From a virus (taxonomy: Duplodnaviria > Caudoviricetes), in IMG/VR virus record IMGVR_UViG_3300014656_000137, positions 1 to 24,249 of that record: DNA of 24,249 nt; one strand, given 5' to 3'. The position numbers and the translations under genes were made by a program. The notes under the pieces are model-generated. The model searched no databases. It was not told where the DNA came from and saw only the letters and a program-made list of their open reading frames with translations. Every line of letters begins with the position of its first letter. Within the stretch, counting starts at the first letter, position 1. Below, piece after piece: positions 23,479 through 24,249 of the stretch.

Positions 23479-24062
23479 TATTCCTCCGTCTTCCCTATAC
23501 GTTCCGCCAAACTCTCGATCCCCTTCCGGCGTTTAAATTCCTCCGCCGTGATGTCTCCCCCCTTTACCAAAGGGGGGCCGGGCCTGTCTGCGTGCGGAGA
23601 CGCACAGGCAGGGGGGATTTTCCTGCCGACTGCCGACTGCTTACTGGCTACTTCTTTCTTCCTTTGTTCCCTCTCCGCCCTCTCCCTTCCCTCCTTCAAC
23701 TCCACATCCGCTACATCAATCATCACCCGTTTTAGATAATTATGGTTTTGTAGCGGACCGCTGAACTCCTTATTACACACGGTTATCAGGCTTTCCATAA
23801 TCCCGCGTTTGCTTACCTTGTAACGCTTCTTTTGGTACAAAAACGCCTCGGATTGATACAAGGCCGAAACCTCTTGAAGCAGTCTCAACAGCTTTTTCGT
23901 CTTGCTCCGGATCGGCGTCACCCCGAACAGCTCGCAGTACTCGAACACCAGCTTTCCATGCCCCTCGAACCTCGGCAGCAGGCCGATGATATCCCGCAGC
24001 TCCGAATCCGCAAAGGCCTCGCCCAGGCTGAATTCAAATTTACATTTAGGGCATTTTATCAT
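23478..24062 (-). CDS. Mu-like prophage hypothetical protein (N-terminal CPxC) with a repeat-derived C-terminal segment
   Basis: MIKCPKC..FSL...Y..LF...K..RLL.E...NHNYLKRV pattern that I associate with transposable-phage genes. GAGGAG RBS. Confidence 0.75.
   Translation of the reverse strand: MIKCPKCKFEFSLGEAFADSELRDIIGLLPRFEGHGKLVFEYCELFGVTPIRSKTKKLLRLLQEVSALYQSEAFLYQKKRYKVSKRGIMESLITVCNKEFSGPLQNHNYLKRVMIDVADVELKEGRERAEREQRKKEVASKQSAVGRKIPPACASPHADRPGPPLVKGGDITAEEFKRRKGIESLAERIGKTEE
23556..23651. repeat. Composite repeat inside a CDS: CCCCCTTT/AAAGGGGG palindrome containing the 30-bp element (23583-23612), next to (C)TGCCGA heptamers
   Basis: tcccccctttaccaaaggggggccggg[cctgtctgcgtgcggagacgcacaggcagg]ggggattttcctgccgactgccgactgcttactggctact. 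Confidence 0.88.
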
Positions 24063-24106
24063 AATAAAATCGCTCCTCGATTTTATAAAACACGGCTCTG
24101 CCGCTC

Positions 24107-24249
24107 TTACTCCATCAAATGAACATCAGACGCCAAAATGAATGCATCGCACTGATTATTGGGGCTGATCCGGTAAGCTCTGCCTGCATTCAACCCTATC
24201 TCCTTGCATCGCGGCTGATACCTCCCGGTGGTGTCCCACCGAAATCTCA
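24107..24249 (-). CDS. 3' end of a Cys-containing hypothetical protein starting outside the window
   Basis: Open frame ...YQPRCKEIGLNAGRAYRISPNNQCDAFILASDVHLME-TAA. Confidence 0.6.
   Translation of the reverse strand, partial: RFRWDTTGRYQPRCKEIGLNAGRAYRISPNNQCDAFILASDVHLME

Larger units (their letters stand above)
1..24249 (-). mobile_element. Tailed phage/prophage late region (siphovirus-like tail, HK97-type head, Mu-type packaging/lysis module); both ends lie outside the window
   Basis: Co-oriented, tightly packed minus-strand genes in canonical order: lysis, terminase, portal, protease, capsid, neck, tube, chaperones, tape measure, tail tip. No att site or integrase is visible. Confidence 0.96.

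Noticed and set aside
682-24141. Numerous plus-strand ORFs, some over 200 aa
   Set aside because: They are antisense shadows of GC-rich minus-strand genes with no recognisable motifs.
1-24249. Genome-wide TGA reassignment (code 4/25) as the explanation for the portal TGA
   Set aside because: Several genes end at TGA with ATGA/TGATG coupling to the next gene, and no other gene appears interrupted by TGA.

Overview
The window is the late (lysis, packaging, morphogenesis) region of a tailed phage or prophage, encoded entirely on the minus strand and transcribed right to left. The order is: Mu-like-prophage Zn-finger genes and a Com-like regulator; a structured leader with an intrinsic terminator; GH108 endolysin, holin and overlapping spanins; Mu-type small and large terminase; HK97-type portal fused to a MuF/SPP1-gp7 domain; HK97 protease and major capsid; neck genes; tail tube with an inserted carbohydrate-binding module; tail chaperones with a -1 frameshift site; a short tape measure; and tail-tip genes. 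No sheath gene is seen, so the tail is probably non-contractile. The spanins imply a diderm host. Four features stand out. (1) The portal-MuF fusion has an in-frame TGA exactly at the first Cys of the N-C-R-C motif (EDIN*RC), followed by a SECIS-like hairpin and a TAA 12 codons later, making it a candidate phage-encoded selenoprotein. (2) Several genes in virion-structural positions carry export signals (Tat, Sec, prepilin-like), and two of them are rich in G-x-S/T motifs. (3) Several families of REP-like palindromes and short tandem repeats are nested in one another and read in frame within proteins. (4) A candidate Com-dependent attenuator lies ahead of the late operon. All family assignments come from motif recognition and synteny, not database searches.
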